Positions 12,846 through 26,128 of a stretch of 64,000 nucleotides of DNA are shown here, piece after piece; the first letter of the stretch is position 1; each line of letters begins with the position of its first letter. Location of the stretch: the NCBI RefSeq assembly GCF_009914755.1, contig NC_060931.1; one strand, given 5' to 3'. This stretch comes from the human T2T-CHM13v2.0 reference genome, Homo sapiens. A program made the position numbers and the translations under genes. The notes beneath the pieces were generated by a model. It was not told the origin of the DNA, made no database searches, and saw only the letters and a list, made by a program, of their open reading frames with translations.

Positions 12846-13779
12846 AATCTTTAAATTGGAAATAAAAGTATCAATACAAGCACAATTGCAGTTGCTTATT
12901 ATTAATGAACTTTATACTGACAAGGAAAGTAAGGACTCAAAATGTCCATTTCCTTACATCTTTGCTTAAATCTTCCCGATTCTAATAAGGGTTATAAATT
13001 GGGAGTATTAATTGTGAAATCATTTTTAATAAAATCCAGGTACTTACATAAAATTTTGACCCACTTGTAATTGTTTGGTCTGGAACCTTCTGTAAAGCCA
13101 TGATGTGAGAGGAACCACATAACACAATAGCTATAGCAATGAATTATAAATAAATAACTGTTGATATATGGAAAAAAGGAATTCATCAAGTTTAGCATTT
13201 TATTTCAGCTCAGTAGTGATACCACTTCAAACTGGTATCATTGACTAAGATTGACTTTACTGGTTGTCATGACCACAGTTCCAAGCACTCATAGTTGTTT
13301 TCAGTCCACTCAGCACCTTACAAAAGGGGTAATTTTCTTATCATTGATCTATTTCTTTTTCTTTGGCATGCTTTACATAGGGACCTTCAGAATGTGTCAC
13401 CTTTCCAATCTTACCTGGGTCACAAGCTGGAGTAGGAAGGGCTATCATATTTCTAGCCTGTAGAAAAGAAAGATTTCCAAATATTTGGAAGGAATGGGAA
13501 GCCTAGTGGATCCAATTTAACTTCGCAATAAAAACACGTCATTGTACCCTCAAGATTAACAATCTAAGTAAAATATATTATATGTGAATGAGTATTTTTC
13601 CCCTCCACATGTGAATAAAAGTCTTGTGGAAACATTTTTTCCCATGAGACAAAATATTTTTGGATTTTATCAGAAATACTAAATGCAGCATTTTTATGTC
13701 TAGTTTACTTTTGCCTCTTATCTACAGAAGAACCCTGTGACTTGGAGAAGCTGTTACTCTGTCCTACATTGTTCCTGTG

Positions 13780-13984
13780 AGAAACAATACATTACAAAAG
13801 AATAGGGCTGTGTCTCAATAAAGCTTTACTTAGGGGTATTGAATTTTGAATATCATATAATTTTCATGTGTCATAAATATTATTTTTAAAGTGTTTTTTC
13901 AACTCTTTGGAAAAAAAGTTCTTAGCTCATCTACCATACAAACACAGGTAGTAGGCTGGATTTGGCCCATGGGCTGGCCCCTGC
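13780..13984 (+). mobile_element. MER58B-like hAT-Charlie MITE, partial
   Basis: ggctgtgtctcaataaagcttta...catataattttcatgtgtca...caggtagtaggctggatttggcccatggg...cccctg. Confidence 0.75.
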
Positions 13985-15434
13985 ACCAGGTGACTGAATT
14001 GAAAAAAATTGACATACTGTGATGTTGTTGTATCTCACTCATACAAAGGTATTCTGGTCCTTCCCTAAAAAGAATATTCCCAAACTCTCACACTAAAACT
14101 AACAGCTCAGTATATTAATGACTATTTGAAAAAGTAATTCTTTGGCAAAATATAATTAAGTCAATTTTTTTATATGTTTTATACTCATAATCTGATAGAA
14201 AGTTAAATATTTTTACCGTCCATATTTTCTAAGGATACTTAATGTATAATTTTTTGATTTACAAAGGCTTAAGTCCCAATTCGTTTGTCATTAAACATGT
14301 TGAATAATTTACATCTATGTATTAAATAACTATAATAATAAGTTTGTCTGACAGCATAAAACCAATATGTTGCCAGATGTTTGACTGTTCATGGTTGCTT
14401 TTACATGCTCACTCTAATTTTTAAGGAGTCTAGGAAGCTCATTTTTGAAAATTATCAGGTGAGGATGTTTTAAAAAGTCAATAATGATGGCGATAAATTA
14501 AGATGAAGACCCAAACCTCATTCTTTAATCCCTTTGGGCCTTAGTGTCTTCAACGACTGAAAAACAAAAATGTCTGTCTCATGATTTCATGGAGATTCTT
14601 TCTAAATGATGACATGCTAGAACCATATAAAGGATTATAAAGGCTAGGATCATTATTTAAATAAAATATCGACTTTAAAGATCAAAAATTGTGGGTATAT
14701 ATGTACGCTTTTTAAGTGGTTATTACATGAATTCGAAATTTGGAATTAAGTATGGAAGTAGAAATTTCTTTGAATGCATGTGTGTTCGCGGGTATATGGC
14801 ATAAGACAGATGTGTATATATTTACAAGGAGCTTTAATTTATATATTTTTAATAGACAGTTTTAACAAATTGGACTAAATGTCTCTTAAATCTGTACTTT
14901 CATTACAGAAAAAGATAAAATTATGTGAAAGAATATGACCCAGTTTTTCAAATTAACATTCATGAGGTTTGGTGACTAAGTCTTAGCAGAACATATTGAA
15001 AATGTAGCTCTGATTGTTTACAACCTTTTCTACTACTATGTTTTTTAATATCAGCATTTAGAAAGCCCCCAAGGATGCATTTATCTGCATTAAGAGCACC
15101 TAAAATCACACGGTTAGGTGACTGTCTTTTTTTATTCTAAAGATTTATTGTCACAAAAGCAAGGCTATGTTTTCTGCTGATCTAAATGATAAAATTAATG
15201 CATGCTCATTTTTTAAAAGTTGAAAACACTGAAGGATAAAAGGAAGACAAAAATTCACACATTGTCCCACTGATCCAAACAATATCACAATTAATATTTT
15301 GGTGAATTTTAAATCCATTTATGTTTAACCTATTGAAATTAAAATTTACATCAGTTTTGCATACAGGCTTTTAAAATGTAATATTATGCCATAATCCTTT
15401 TTCAATATAATCATACAGGATGTATAAACATCAT

Positions 15435-16241
15435 TGCAGCATTCAGAGCTGAATCAAGGAAGAAGAACCATATATACATATGCACACACATATATCTGGT
15501 TCTTTATATGATCTATAAATATATTTATGTATTATATAATATACTATATTATATATAAACCATATATTTACATTATATATAAACCATATATAATATAGTT
15601 CAACCATATTATATGTATCTTATATATTGAGAAGCCAGTTACAACGATGTGATCTTATGCAATTGAGAAAGCAGGATAAACAGTCTATATGAAGCTACTG
15701 CTCTGTGTCTGATGCAAGAGGCTGAAGTCATCTGGGTGAGTAGTTGAGAAGGAAGGATAGTAGTAAAGTACAGATGGGGTAAGGGTAAGCTGGAATCTAA
15801 TCTACAAGGATAAGCTGGGACCTATGAGGCAGGACTGGATCACACACTGGTTTCTGATGGCCTCCAAGCCTCCAACTTTGATAACAGGGATGACCAGGAC
15901 AGAGAAGTTGACAGCCACCTCAAGCAAAACACATTCCAGGCCCAGGAGGTGAAGCAGCTGATGAAAGGGAACTACCAGGCACTGTAGGAGCTATGGCCTG
16001 GCTGCTGATCCAGGCCAACACAGGAAGCCAGCAGATCAAGGAGGAGAATCAGGAGCTATGACACTTGCAGAACTCTGCTCTGTCCTTCCTCTTGAAGAAA
16101 GAATATGCCTTCTGTGACTTCACTTTACCTTCCAAATCTCAATCTCATACAAAATGTCTTTTTCTGGCACTCTAACTTAAAACTGTGCGGGGTAGGGAAT
16201 TCTGGGAAATACAAATCCTGCCTAAGTGGACACAATTCACA
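15435..16241 (-). mobile_element. ERVL solo LTR (LTR41-like) with internal TA-repeat expansion
   Basis: Minus-strand start tgtgtccacttagg...tttcccagaattccct...gagatttggaaggtaaagtgaag; ERVL-type end tggttcttcttccttgattcagctctgaatgctgca. Confidence 0.65.
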
Positions 16242-16449
16242 AAGTTCATCTTTATTTTAAGGCCTATGAACTATTTCATGAAGTACACATACCATACTCA
16301 GCATCACTGTACCCAGCTATTGAATATATGGAAACACTAAGATGTCTAATAGTGTTTATATATACTCTATTATTTTGCACGTTGTCTCTGAGGATCGTGG
16401 TGCTTGGCATTTGTTAATTGAGAAAATTGACTGATTCTTCTGCTTTTAA

Positions 16450-16735
16450 ACCTTCTTAACTCTCCCTTTCTTCAGGTCTCAGCTTAAGTGTGAAAGTTGA
16501 GGAGAAGTCTCTCCTGATTCTGTAAAGTTGGTTTGTGATCCTCCATGGTGTTCCCAAAGCATTATGTATGCAGCATCCTTATTTTTCAGTGTAGTTTCCT
16601 AAGTACCCGTCTGTGCCTTTTACTACCCTCTAAATCACTTGATGGCAAAGTATCTTGCTTATTGTTAAATCTCCAGTTCTTAGGAATGTTCTTGGCACAT
16701 AGTAATTTAGCAATTAATGCTTACAAATTAATGAA
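16450..16735 (+). mobile_element. L2 3' end
   Basis: ttcaggtctcagcttaagtg...cttgatggcaaagtat...cttggcacatagta...aattaatgaa. Confidence 0.65.
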
Positions 16736-19585
16736 ATTATACCATTAGTCAACCAAGAAGGTGCACTATTTTCATTTTTATTACTTTCCCTATTTGAAAA
16801 ATATGCTCTGATTTTAGTTACCTGAATTTTCCTCAGAAAAATTGAATGAAAACTGCTTTCCCTTGGACTCATAGGGTATTTTTTCATTACCAGTGCATAA
16901 AAATTACTTGAAATGTTTTCCACTAGAGTCGCTCGAGGGGTTAATATCCTCTGAAATCAAAGACATTTCATTATGATATAACAATGTTTTGAAATTTTCT
17001 GTTTTGGATTGACTATTAAAGTTAACAAGCAATTGTTGTATACTATGCTTCTGCTAAGACTCCAGATAACTTTAGATAATTCATTGCTATTTTTTGGTGA
17101 ATATTAATATGAAAATATTAATATTGATATTTATGTCATTGTTCCTGATTCACCTGTTACTCAAGATGCTTTTACAAAGAATAGTTCCAACCTAAAGGAG
17201 GAAAGGGAAGGCATGAATAAAGAATAGACAGAGGAAAATTTGATGTTGTCTGATTATTTTGCTTTATGTTTCTACTATTTATTTTTGTAGTATTATTTAT
17301 ATTTAAAATGTTCATTATTGTGCTATTCTACACATACCAATTGTTGAATCCATAGGTATGTGAGTGGGTTGGTAGTGATGGGAAGATAGCAGGCTCTTTT
17401 CCAAAATTTGTGATATGGCTATGTGTATTGAATTGCTTTCTCATGATAGCTTCTTTCTGTATATTTTTAGTTTTATTTTCCACCAAAACCAGTAAGTTCT
17501 AAAATAGTTAAATATTAAATAGATTTCACATATATTTTTATACTTTCATGTTACCAATAACTCATTCTTTTCATTATCCCAAATATTTGTTCCATTTTAA
17601 GTTTCTTTTCTGTGATATGGTTGGTCTTGGTGAAGTCATCTTTTTAAAAAGTGAGATAATCTGGTTTGAGGTGGTATTTGAAATAAAAAGCAAAAAGTGA
17701 GATCGTTGGGCTTAAATTTTAAGTTTTCTTTCTTTGTTTTGCAAGCAATCAGAATTGAATCTCTCAAAACAAAGTAGAATACTCAAGTATCCTGAAGAAA
17801 TTTTGATGCATCAATTACAAACAAAAGCATTTTCAATAATCTAGTTAGTAAAAGATAATCACTTCCCTTTGTCACTGGATAATTTTAGATTTGGTGGCCT
17901 GTAAAATTTTGAGATAAATAGCTATAACTCCATGTGTTTTCTTCTTTTAGAGTTGTTGTTGCCATTGAGATGCACTGTGTTCTCTATCTCTGACAGTTAG
18001 ATTCCAATATAACTTATCTCTGTCAAGCCAGCTTCCCTGAGATGGCAGCCAGGAAATCGCTATGCACCACTGATGATGAGGTGAGATGCAGCAGAAAGTA
18101 TGGGTTGCAGCTGAAGATATCTATGGCATTGCAGCACATTCTTCCTCAAACTTTGGATTTTTGTCACTTAAGAAACAATTTGCAGTCAATGCCTGAATAA
18201 ACAACCCAGCTTACTCAATTATTGAATAGTACATGGAAATTTCTAATTGTATTCTTTCATACTGTATTATTCTGCTGATTGGAATTAAGAGAAATGTAAT
18301 ATGAAAGAATATTGCTTCTTGGATTTCAGAGTTTCAAAACCTTGCCTTTGTCCCCTTGGTGTTTCTTTGATGTATCTGTGCTTGAAGTTATTTCTTTAAT
18401 TTGTTTCCGTTGGTTTAAGAAAGATTATAATTCAATGAACTATTTTTTTTCTTCTCGCGTGGCTTTGCATTTCTTTCTTTACAGAGTTAGGGGAAGCTTA
18501 CCTAATTAAGTTATTTCATTTCATTGTGCGGATCACCTTTTACCTGTCTGGTACCTGAGATGAGTGGTAGTTATCAAAAGCAAAATGACTGATCTGCAGG
18601 GGTAAAGAGTAGGGACGATGGGATTATGATGGCTGATGACTGCTGCTATTCAGAGTCAGGCACTTTCATCTCTGGATCCATATCTTATTTATTTTTTCAC
18701 CCGCAACACATAGAGCAATGCCAAAGAACACAGAAGATAATCAATAACTTTTCAAATGAAAGAAAGAGCAGTAGTGCCTGAAAGAGAAATAGGCATTATA
18801 TTAGAAGCAAGCCTGCAGCTGATATTTCTGAGAATATGAGTCAAATGTCTTATTTCTGAATGTTGGTACCCTATATGAGCTGGGAGACAGGAGACAGATG
18901 ATATTTACTACACTCCATGTCACCCCTCCTGCCAGGCAAAGTTGGAAACAGCAGGGACACTATGAACTCCCTGGTACTTCCTGATGTGTCTCAATGGTGC
19001 TATAGCTCATCTTGTTTTTTCTTCCTCCTCTTACAAAAAGCATAGTGTAAATATCCTCGAGGTCTCATTAAGCATCTTTTAACTTTGGTGATTCTTCTCA
19101 GAATTAACGGTATAAGATCAGGGCCACATATCATTTTTTTCTTTAAATGCTGCTCATCTGCACACTGGAGGCAAGAAGGGACCATAGCTGGGTGGTGGAG
19201 ACAAGGAGAAAAGGGTGAATTGGACATGAACTCACACATGAACCTACTAAGCTCTTGCTCCATCTCTTAATCAATTCATGATATGGCAGGAGAAAAGACA
19301 GATACTACCATTTAGATATGTGATAAATTTAAACCAAATGCAAGTGCTATGGTTTTCAATAGTAAAATTTATTTCCAAAGACACACTGAACGTAAAGTTT
19401 TATTTAAATTCTAAATCATTCCAAAAAGGAGTTGAATTTGGAGTGCCTATGTATATATAATACAACAATATAAATATATCATGTGTGGTAAACTAAAAGA
19501 AAATTGACAATGAAGTTTAAAAAATAAGGTGCAATCTAGAGTAAGGACAGTCCCCATGTAAAGAATAGGAACATACAATAAGGTT

Positions 19586-20529
19586 TTCTTTTTCTTTTTT
19601 ATTTTATTTTATTTTATTTTATTATTATTATACTTTAAGTTTTAGGGTACATGTGCACAATGTGCAGGTTAGTTACATATGTATACATGTGCCATGCTGG
19701 TGTGCTGCACCCATTAACTCGTCATTTAGCATTAGGTATATCTCCTAATGCTATCCCTCCCCACTCCCCCCACCCCACAACAGTCCCCAGAGTGTGATGT
19801 TCCCCTTCCTGTGTCCATGTGTTCTCAATGTTCAATTCTCACCTATGAGTGAGAACATGCGGTATTTGGTTTTTTGTCCTTGCGATAGTTTACTGAGATG
19901 ATGATTTCCAATTTCATCCATGTCCCTACAAAGGACATGAACTCATCATTTTTTATGGCTGCACAGTATTCCATGGTGTATATGTGCCACATTTTCTTAA
20001 TCCAGTCTATCATTGTTGGACATTTGGGTTGGTTCCAAGTCTTTGCTATTGTGAATAGTGCCGCAATAAACATACGTGTGCATGTGTCTTTATAGAAGCA
20101 TGATTTATAGTCCTTTGGGTATATACCCAGTAATGAGATGGCTGGATCAAATGGTATTTCTAGTTCTAGATCCCTGAGGAATCGCCACACTGACTTCCAC
20201 AATGGTTGAACTAGTTTACAGTCCCACCAACAGTGTAAAAGTGTTCCTATTTCTCCACATCCTCTCCAGCACCTGTTGTTTCCTGACTTTTTAATGATTG
20301 CCATTCTAACTGGTGTGAGATGGTATCTCATTGTGATTTTGATTTGCATTTCTCTGATGGCCAGTGATGGTGAGCATTTTTTCATGTGTTTTTTGGCTGC
20401 ATAAATATCTTCTTTTGAGAAGTGTCTGTTCATGTCCTTCACCCACTTTTTGATGGGGTTGTTTGTTTTTTTCTTGTAAATTTGAGTTCATTGTAGATTC
20501 TGGATAAAATTTTCACAACCTACTCATCT
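19586..20529 (-). mobile_element. Young L1 (L1PA2/3), 5'-truncated with short 5' inversion
   Basis: Near-consensus 3' UTR (acaatgtgcagg, ccattaactcgtcatttagc); TSD ACAATAAGGTT at 19575-19585 and 20531-20541; sense-oriented piece at 20506-20529. Confidence 0.97.
19843..20442 (-). pseudogene. L1 ORF2p C-terminal (cysteine-rich) fragment, non-functional
   Basis: Translation contains [30 protein letters not shown], the ORF2p CCHC region; no promoter, EN or RT. Confidence 0.9.
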
Positions 20530-20571
20530 CACAATAAGGTTGTCTACAGAATTGTTAAAGTTGACCAATAA

Positions 20572-21053
20572 AGTAGTCAGGGTTGTGCAGAGAAACAGAA
20601 CCAACTATAAATATATGAAGAAGTTCATTGACTCATGTAATTACGAAAGCTAGAAATTCCATAATCAGCAGTCTGCAAGATGGAGGCCCAGGAAACCTCA
20701 TGGTGTTATTTAAAGACTTGAGAGCCAGAGAGGTGATGGTACAGATTTCAGTCCAAGTTTGGAGGCCTGAGAACCAGGAGCACCAAGAACAAGAGAAGGT
20801 TGACATCCCAGCTCAAGCAGTCATCAGAGAGTCATCAAATCCTCATTTTCTCCACCATTTTGTTCTATTCAGGCCTTCAATAGACTGAAAAATACCCACC
20901 TATATTGGGAAAGGCAATCCACTTACCCTGTCTACCAATGCAAATGTTCATCTCTTCTGGCAAAACCCTCAGAGACATACCCAGAAAGAATATTTAACCA
21001 GATACATGGGCATCATATGATCTAGTCAAGTTGATGCATAAAATTAACTATTA
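20572..21053 (-). mobile_element. MLT2B (HERV-L) solo LTR
   Basis: tagtcagggttgtgcagagaaacagaacca...gtctgcaagatggaggcccaggaaa...tagtcaagttgatgcataaaattaacta. Confidence 0.88.
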
Positions 21054-21499
21054 TTATCTCTCATCTTCTTAGTGGTCAAGACTACGTAAGATGAATGTAA
21101 TGGATTACTGAGGAGACATATTAGTCTTCTGGCATTGAAATTTGTAAAACATTTCTCCTGTGACTTCTTATAAAGGAGAAATAGTATGATGCCCTCAGCA
21201 TTTCCAAAATAAATATAATAGTAAGTTTCAAAAAACTGCACCTTCATGAAGGCCAATGTCATGAGGCCAGAGTTAGCTCAGTTGAGGCGATTCCATGAGA
21301 CACTGAAGAAAACTTATCCCCATATATACTTTTCAATATTTAGATTGATGCAATAATAAATTTAGTCTATAGATCAGTGCTTTTCAGTATTTAGTGTGGT
21401 ATTCCGTTAGGGTAGATAATTGATCAATAATATTTAAAAATTCAAAAAAAGTCCTACACTTACATAGTCAATTGGTATTTAATAAAAATACTATTGTGG

Positions 21500-21858
21500 A
21501 ACTATTTCAACCACTGGATACTCATGGAGATAAAATGAACGTCAACCACTATCTCACATCATATACAAAAATTAAATTGTGATGGATCATAGACTTAAAC
21601 ACAAAAGCTATAACAATAATGTTTCTATCAGAAATACAATAATATATATTCACAACTTAGGGATAGACCTAGCTTTTATGCTGTTCTTTTTTCTTTTGAC
21701 ATTCAGCGTACATACTGGAGATGTTTTATGTTTTATCTAGGCAATCAGCATAAAAAAATAAATTCAGCAACCCAAAACTTTTGTTCATTATAAACAACAC
21801 CATTATAAAATGCATAAACAGACCACAGGCTGGAAGACTATATTTGCCAAACACATAA
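21500..21858 (+). mobile_element. Old L1M ORF2 fragment
   Basis: ctatctcacatcatatacaaaaattaa...gatggatcatagacttaaac...ggaagactatatttgc. Confidence 0.7.
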
Positions 21859-22469
21859 GACTGCAGCTTTCTATTTGACTTTCAGCTTTTTAGTTGCACA
21901 GACTGAGGAAAGCCCTCACTCAAGTGAAAAGCTAATAAATGTGTGTCAGTCAGCGCAATTTTCCTCTTTCAAGGGTGACTCCCTTCAAGTTTCTGCCTGC
22001 TTTAGGCCCTGGTCCAGTGGATTCAAATACTTCTTTTAAATTTAGGGTACAGAAGCTTATAATTGTTATTTGTTAGAGGGCTAATCCAACCAAGCTACTC
22101 CACAATTTCTTAAGGTGATTCTTATAAACTCTAAAGTTTAAGAAGCACTGCTGATTTTTTTTTTTTTTGGAGCGGGGGGCTGGGGGGTGCTGATATGTAA
22201 AGTCAGTAATTCCTTTCAGCCAATAATATTTCAAGATCTTATTTAGTAAATGAATGCATAAGGTGGTCAAAAGCAGTATGGAAAAAGAAACTAATTCTTC
22301 ATCTTTGAAGGAGATGAATGTTCAAAGATCAAACATTATTTCTTTAAAATATAATTAACTTGGTATGCAGTAAAAAAAAAAGGGACTTAACAAATGTCCA
22401 TGATTGTAATGTCCATGCCAGAATCCAAAACTGACCTCTGAATCCTTTATATAATCCCAGGGCTCCCTA

Positions 22470-22690
22470 TGTGGAGAATAATTACAGAATTTGGCATAAG
22501 AAGAGTAAAATATGAGCTCACCTCCACTTCTTAATAGCTCAGTTGTCTCAGGTGAGTTTTGTGGTCTCTCTGACCTGAAGTAGACGTCTTAATTTTATTA
22601 GCCTGAGAAGATACTGTGAATAGCAAATGAAGTAATAGTTTTTGGAGCACTTTGTAATTAAACAGTGATATAAAATACTATTTATTACTA
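22470..22690 (+). mobile_element. MIR relic
   Basis: ctccacttcttaatagctcagttgtctcaggtgagt...aaatgaagtaat...agcactttgtaa. Confidence 0.55.
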
Positions 22691-22739
22691 CTATTTTCAT
22701 GGTTGTACCTGGAAATCATTCATTTGCAGTCTGTTAATT

Positions 22740-23290
22740 TTTTTAAAGAACTTACTTAAAAAAATGAAAGCATATGCAAAGCTAATGATACAAGTCAAAG
22801 GAACCCTGGTAGCTCATCACCCAACTTCAACAACCATTAACTTTCAACCTTTTTGCTTCATCTATTATCACCTCACTTTTTTTTCTTGACATAATTTAAA
22901 GCAAATATAAGACCTTATATTATTTCATTTGCAGATACTTCCATATGTTGCTTTACTGGTTAAGAATTCTTTTTATCTCTATTTGTTAGTAATTACTTAA
23001 AACACAGCCATGGTACCACTACCCAACACAACAAAATTAATAGTAGTGTTTAAATATTACATAATACTCATTCCGTTTTCATTTTTTCTCAATTGTCTCA
23101 CAAAAGTATTTTTAAAGTTTGATTATTTGAATTAGGATTAATACAAGTTCTACCCACTAGATTTGGTTTATATGATTCATAGTTTCATTTAAAGTATAAA
23201 AATTATCCCTCCTTTCTTTTTCATGCTATTTAGTTTTTATAGCAACCAGGTAATTTGTCCTGTAGTATTTCTTTTATTCTGGATTTCACC
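22740..23290 (-). mobile_element. L1MC4/5-like 3' UTR
   Basis: catcacccaacttcaacaaccattaac...ttaaagcaaat...aattgtctca...atttgtcctgtagtatttc...tctggattt. Confidence 0.7.
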
Positions 23291-24576
23291 ACTAATAAAT
23301 AATGGATCTAAACAACTATCATCAATGGCTGATAACACTGTTAGGTGAACAACTGGTAGAAAACTTCATACTAGATATAACATATAGATATCATCTGAAC
23401 CCAACAGTTATTGTAAACATCATTGAAGTAGGGCAGCAAGACATTACATTCCTTCTGCTAAATACATACTTGTAAAAAAAAGTATTATTATAATACTTGG
23501 GAGGCTCCTTGAAATGTTACTTTCTTTAAAATCAAACAAGAACTGTGAGAAGATAATTTAAATTCACTTTATAGATTCAATAAAAATGTATCTACAAACA
23601 AGAATGTTGTAGTCACTAAGGAATCAAGCCAAGGCCAAAGCAGTACAGCAAAATAAGTACCAAGAGGGAAGTTTATAGCAATGAATACTTGTGCCAAAAA
23701 TGTAGAAGGACTTCAGATAAACAATGATGCACTCAAGGAGCTAGTAAATCAAACACAAAATTAGTAGGAGGAAAGAAATAATAAAAATCGGAACAGAAAT
23801 AAAATTGAAACCAAAAAAATACAGAAGATTGAAAAAATGAAAAATCGTTTTTTTGAAAAGATAAAAAGAATCAACAAACCTTTGGCTAGACTGAGAAAAG
23901 AGAGACGATCCAAATATATGACATCACAAATAAAAAGACATAACAACGGAGACCACAGAAATACAAAGACTCATCAGAGACTATTATAAACAACAATATG
24001 CCAACAGCTGGAAAAGCTATAAGAAATGGATAAAATCTTGGACACATATAACCCATCAAGATTGAACCATGAAGAAATATAAAACCTCAGTAAACCAATA
24101 ACAAGTAATGAGTTCAAAGTTGTAATAAAACGTCTCCCATCAATGGAAAGGCTGGGACTGGATGGCTTCACTGCTGAATTCTATAAAGCATTTAACAAAG
24201 AACTAACACCAATTCTACACAAAATGTTCAAAGATATGAAGAGGAGGGAACATTTCTAAGCTTCTTCTACAAGACCAGCAATACCTTGATACCAAAATCA
24301 GACAAGTACAGAAAGAAAAAAGGAAAACTGCATGTCAATATCACTGATGAACATAGATTTAAAAATTCTCAACAAAAATACTAGCAAAATGAATTCAACA
24401 ACATATTAAAAAGATTATTCACCATCATCAGGAGGGATTCATCATGGGGGGTGCAAGGATGGCTCAACATTCACAAGTCAATAAATTTGATACATCACAT
24501 GAACAGAACCAAAACAAAAATATATATGATTATTGCAATTGATGCAGAAAAAGCATTCAATAAAATTCCACATCCC

Positions 24577-24770
24577 TGAACAATAAGAATACATGGACAT
24601 AGGGAGGGGAACAACACACATCGGGGTTTAATAGGGAGCAGGGAGTGAGGGGAGGGAACTTAGAGGATGGGTTGATAGGTGCAGCAAACCACATGGCACA
24701 CGTATACTTATGTAACAAACCTGCATGTTCTGTACATATATCCTAGAAATTAAAGTAAAATAAAATAAAT
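24577..24770 (+). mobile_element. Nested short L1PA (PA8-10-like) 3' end inside the L1MA
   Basis: acatggacatagggaggggaacaacacac...ggtgcagcaaacc...tatgtaacaaacctgca, A-tail; degenerate TSD aa(aa/gg)ttc(c/a)acatcc. Confidence 0.9.
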
Positions 24771-26082
24771 AAGGTTCAACATCCTTTTGTGATAAAAACC
24801 TTTATCGAAATAGGTATAGAAGGAACATACCTCAATATAATAAAAGTCATATATGAGAAAACCACAGCTAACATTGTACTGACTGGGAAAAAAATTGAAG
24901 GCGTTTTCTCTTAGATCTGGAACAAGACAAGCATGCCCATTTTCCACCACTTCTGCTCAATGTAGTACTGGGAGTCCTAGCCAGAGCAATTAGGCAACAG
25001 AAATAAATGAAGGGCACCCAAATTGGAAAGGAAGAAATCAAATTAGCCTAATGGCAGAGGACATGATCTTATAAAAACCTGAAGACTCCACACAAAAACT
25101 GTTAGGACCAGATAAACAAATTCAGCAAAGTCTCAGGATACAAAAATCAACATACAAAACTTTGTAGCATTTCTATTTGCCAACAGGAATCATCTGCAAA
25201 AGAAACCAAGTAAGCAATCCCATTTAAAGAATATGAAATAGCTAGGAATCTATTTTACCAAGGAAGTGAAAGATTTGTATGAGGAAAACTATAAAACACT
25301 GATAAAAGAAGTTGAAGATGACACAAACAAATAGAAAGTATTCCATGCCCATGGTTGAAAGAATTAATATTGTGAAAATGACAATACTACCCAAAGCAAT
25401 CTACAGATTCTATGGAACCCTTATCTAAATACCAATGACATTCTTCACAGAAATAGGAAAAACAATCCTAAAATTTATATGGAACCAAAAAGACCCCAAA
25501 TAGTCAAAGAAATCTGGAGGAAAAAGAACAAAGCTGAAGATACCATATCAACATGGTACTAGCATAAAAAAAATATAGATCAATGAAAAAGAATAGAGAA
25601 CTCAGATATAAATACATACATGTACAGCCAACTCATCTTTGACAAAGGTTCCAAGAACACATAATGGAAAAAGGGAGTCTCTTCAATAAATGGTGCTGGG
25701 AAAACTAGATTATGCAGAAGAATGTCACAAAATCCCTATCTCTTACTATACACAAAAATCAAATCAAAATGGATTAAAGCCTTAAATCTAAGAGATTAAA
25801 ATATGAACCTACTAGAAAAAAAACACTGGAGAAATGCTCCAGGACACTGGTCTAGACAAAGATTTTATGTGTGTAAGACCTCAAAAGCACAGGCAACCAA
25901 ATTAAAAATGAACAAGTGGGATAACACCAAGCCTAAAAGCTTCCCGTGTTCTGCTGTTTTCGCAGCAAATAAAACAATCAACTAAGTGAAGAGACAACCC
26001 ACATAATGGGAGAAAATATTTTCAAACTACCCATCTGACAAAGAATTAATAGCCAGACTATATAAGGAGCTCAAACAACTTG

Positions 26083-26087
<5 letters not shown>

Positions 26088-26123
<36 letters not shown>
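26088..26123 (+). repeat. (A)36 homopolymer
   Basis: Uninterrupted A run. Confidence 0.95.

Positions 26124-26128
<5 letters not shown>

Noticed and set aside
13709-13790. Acceptor-like ttttgcctcttatctacag
   Set aside because: No convincing downstream donor; runs into MER58B.
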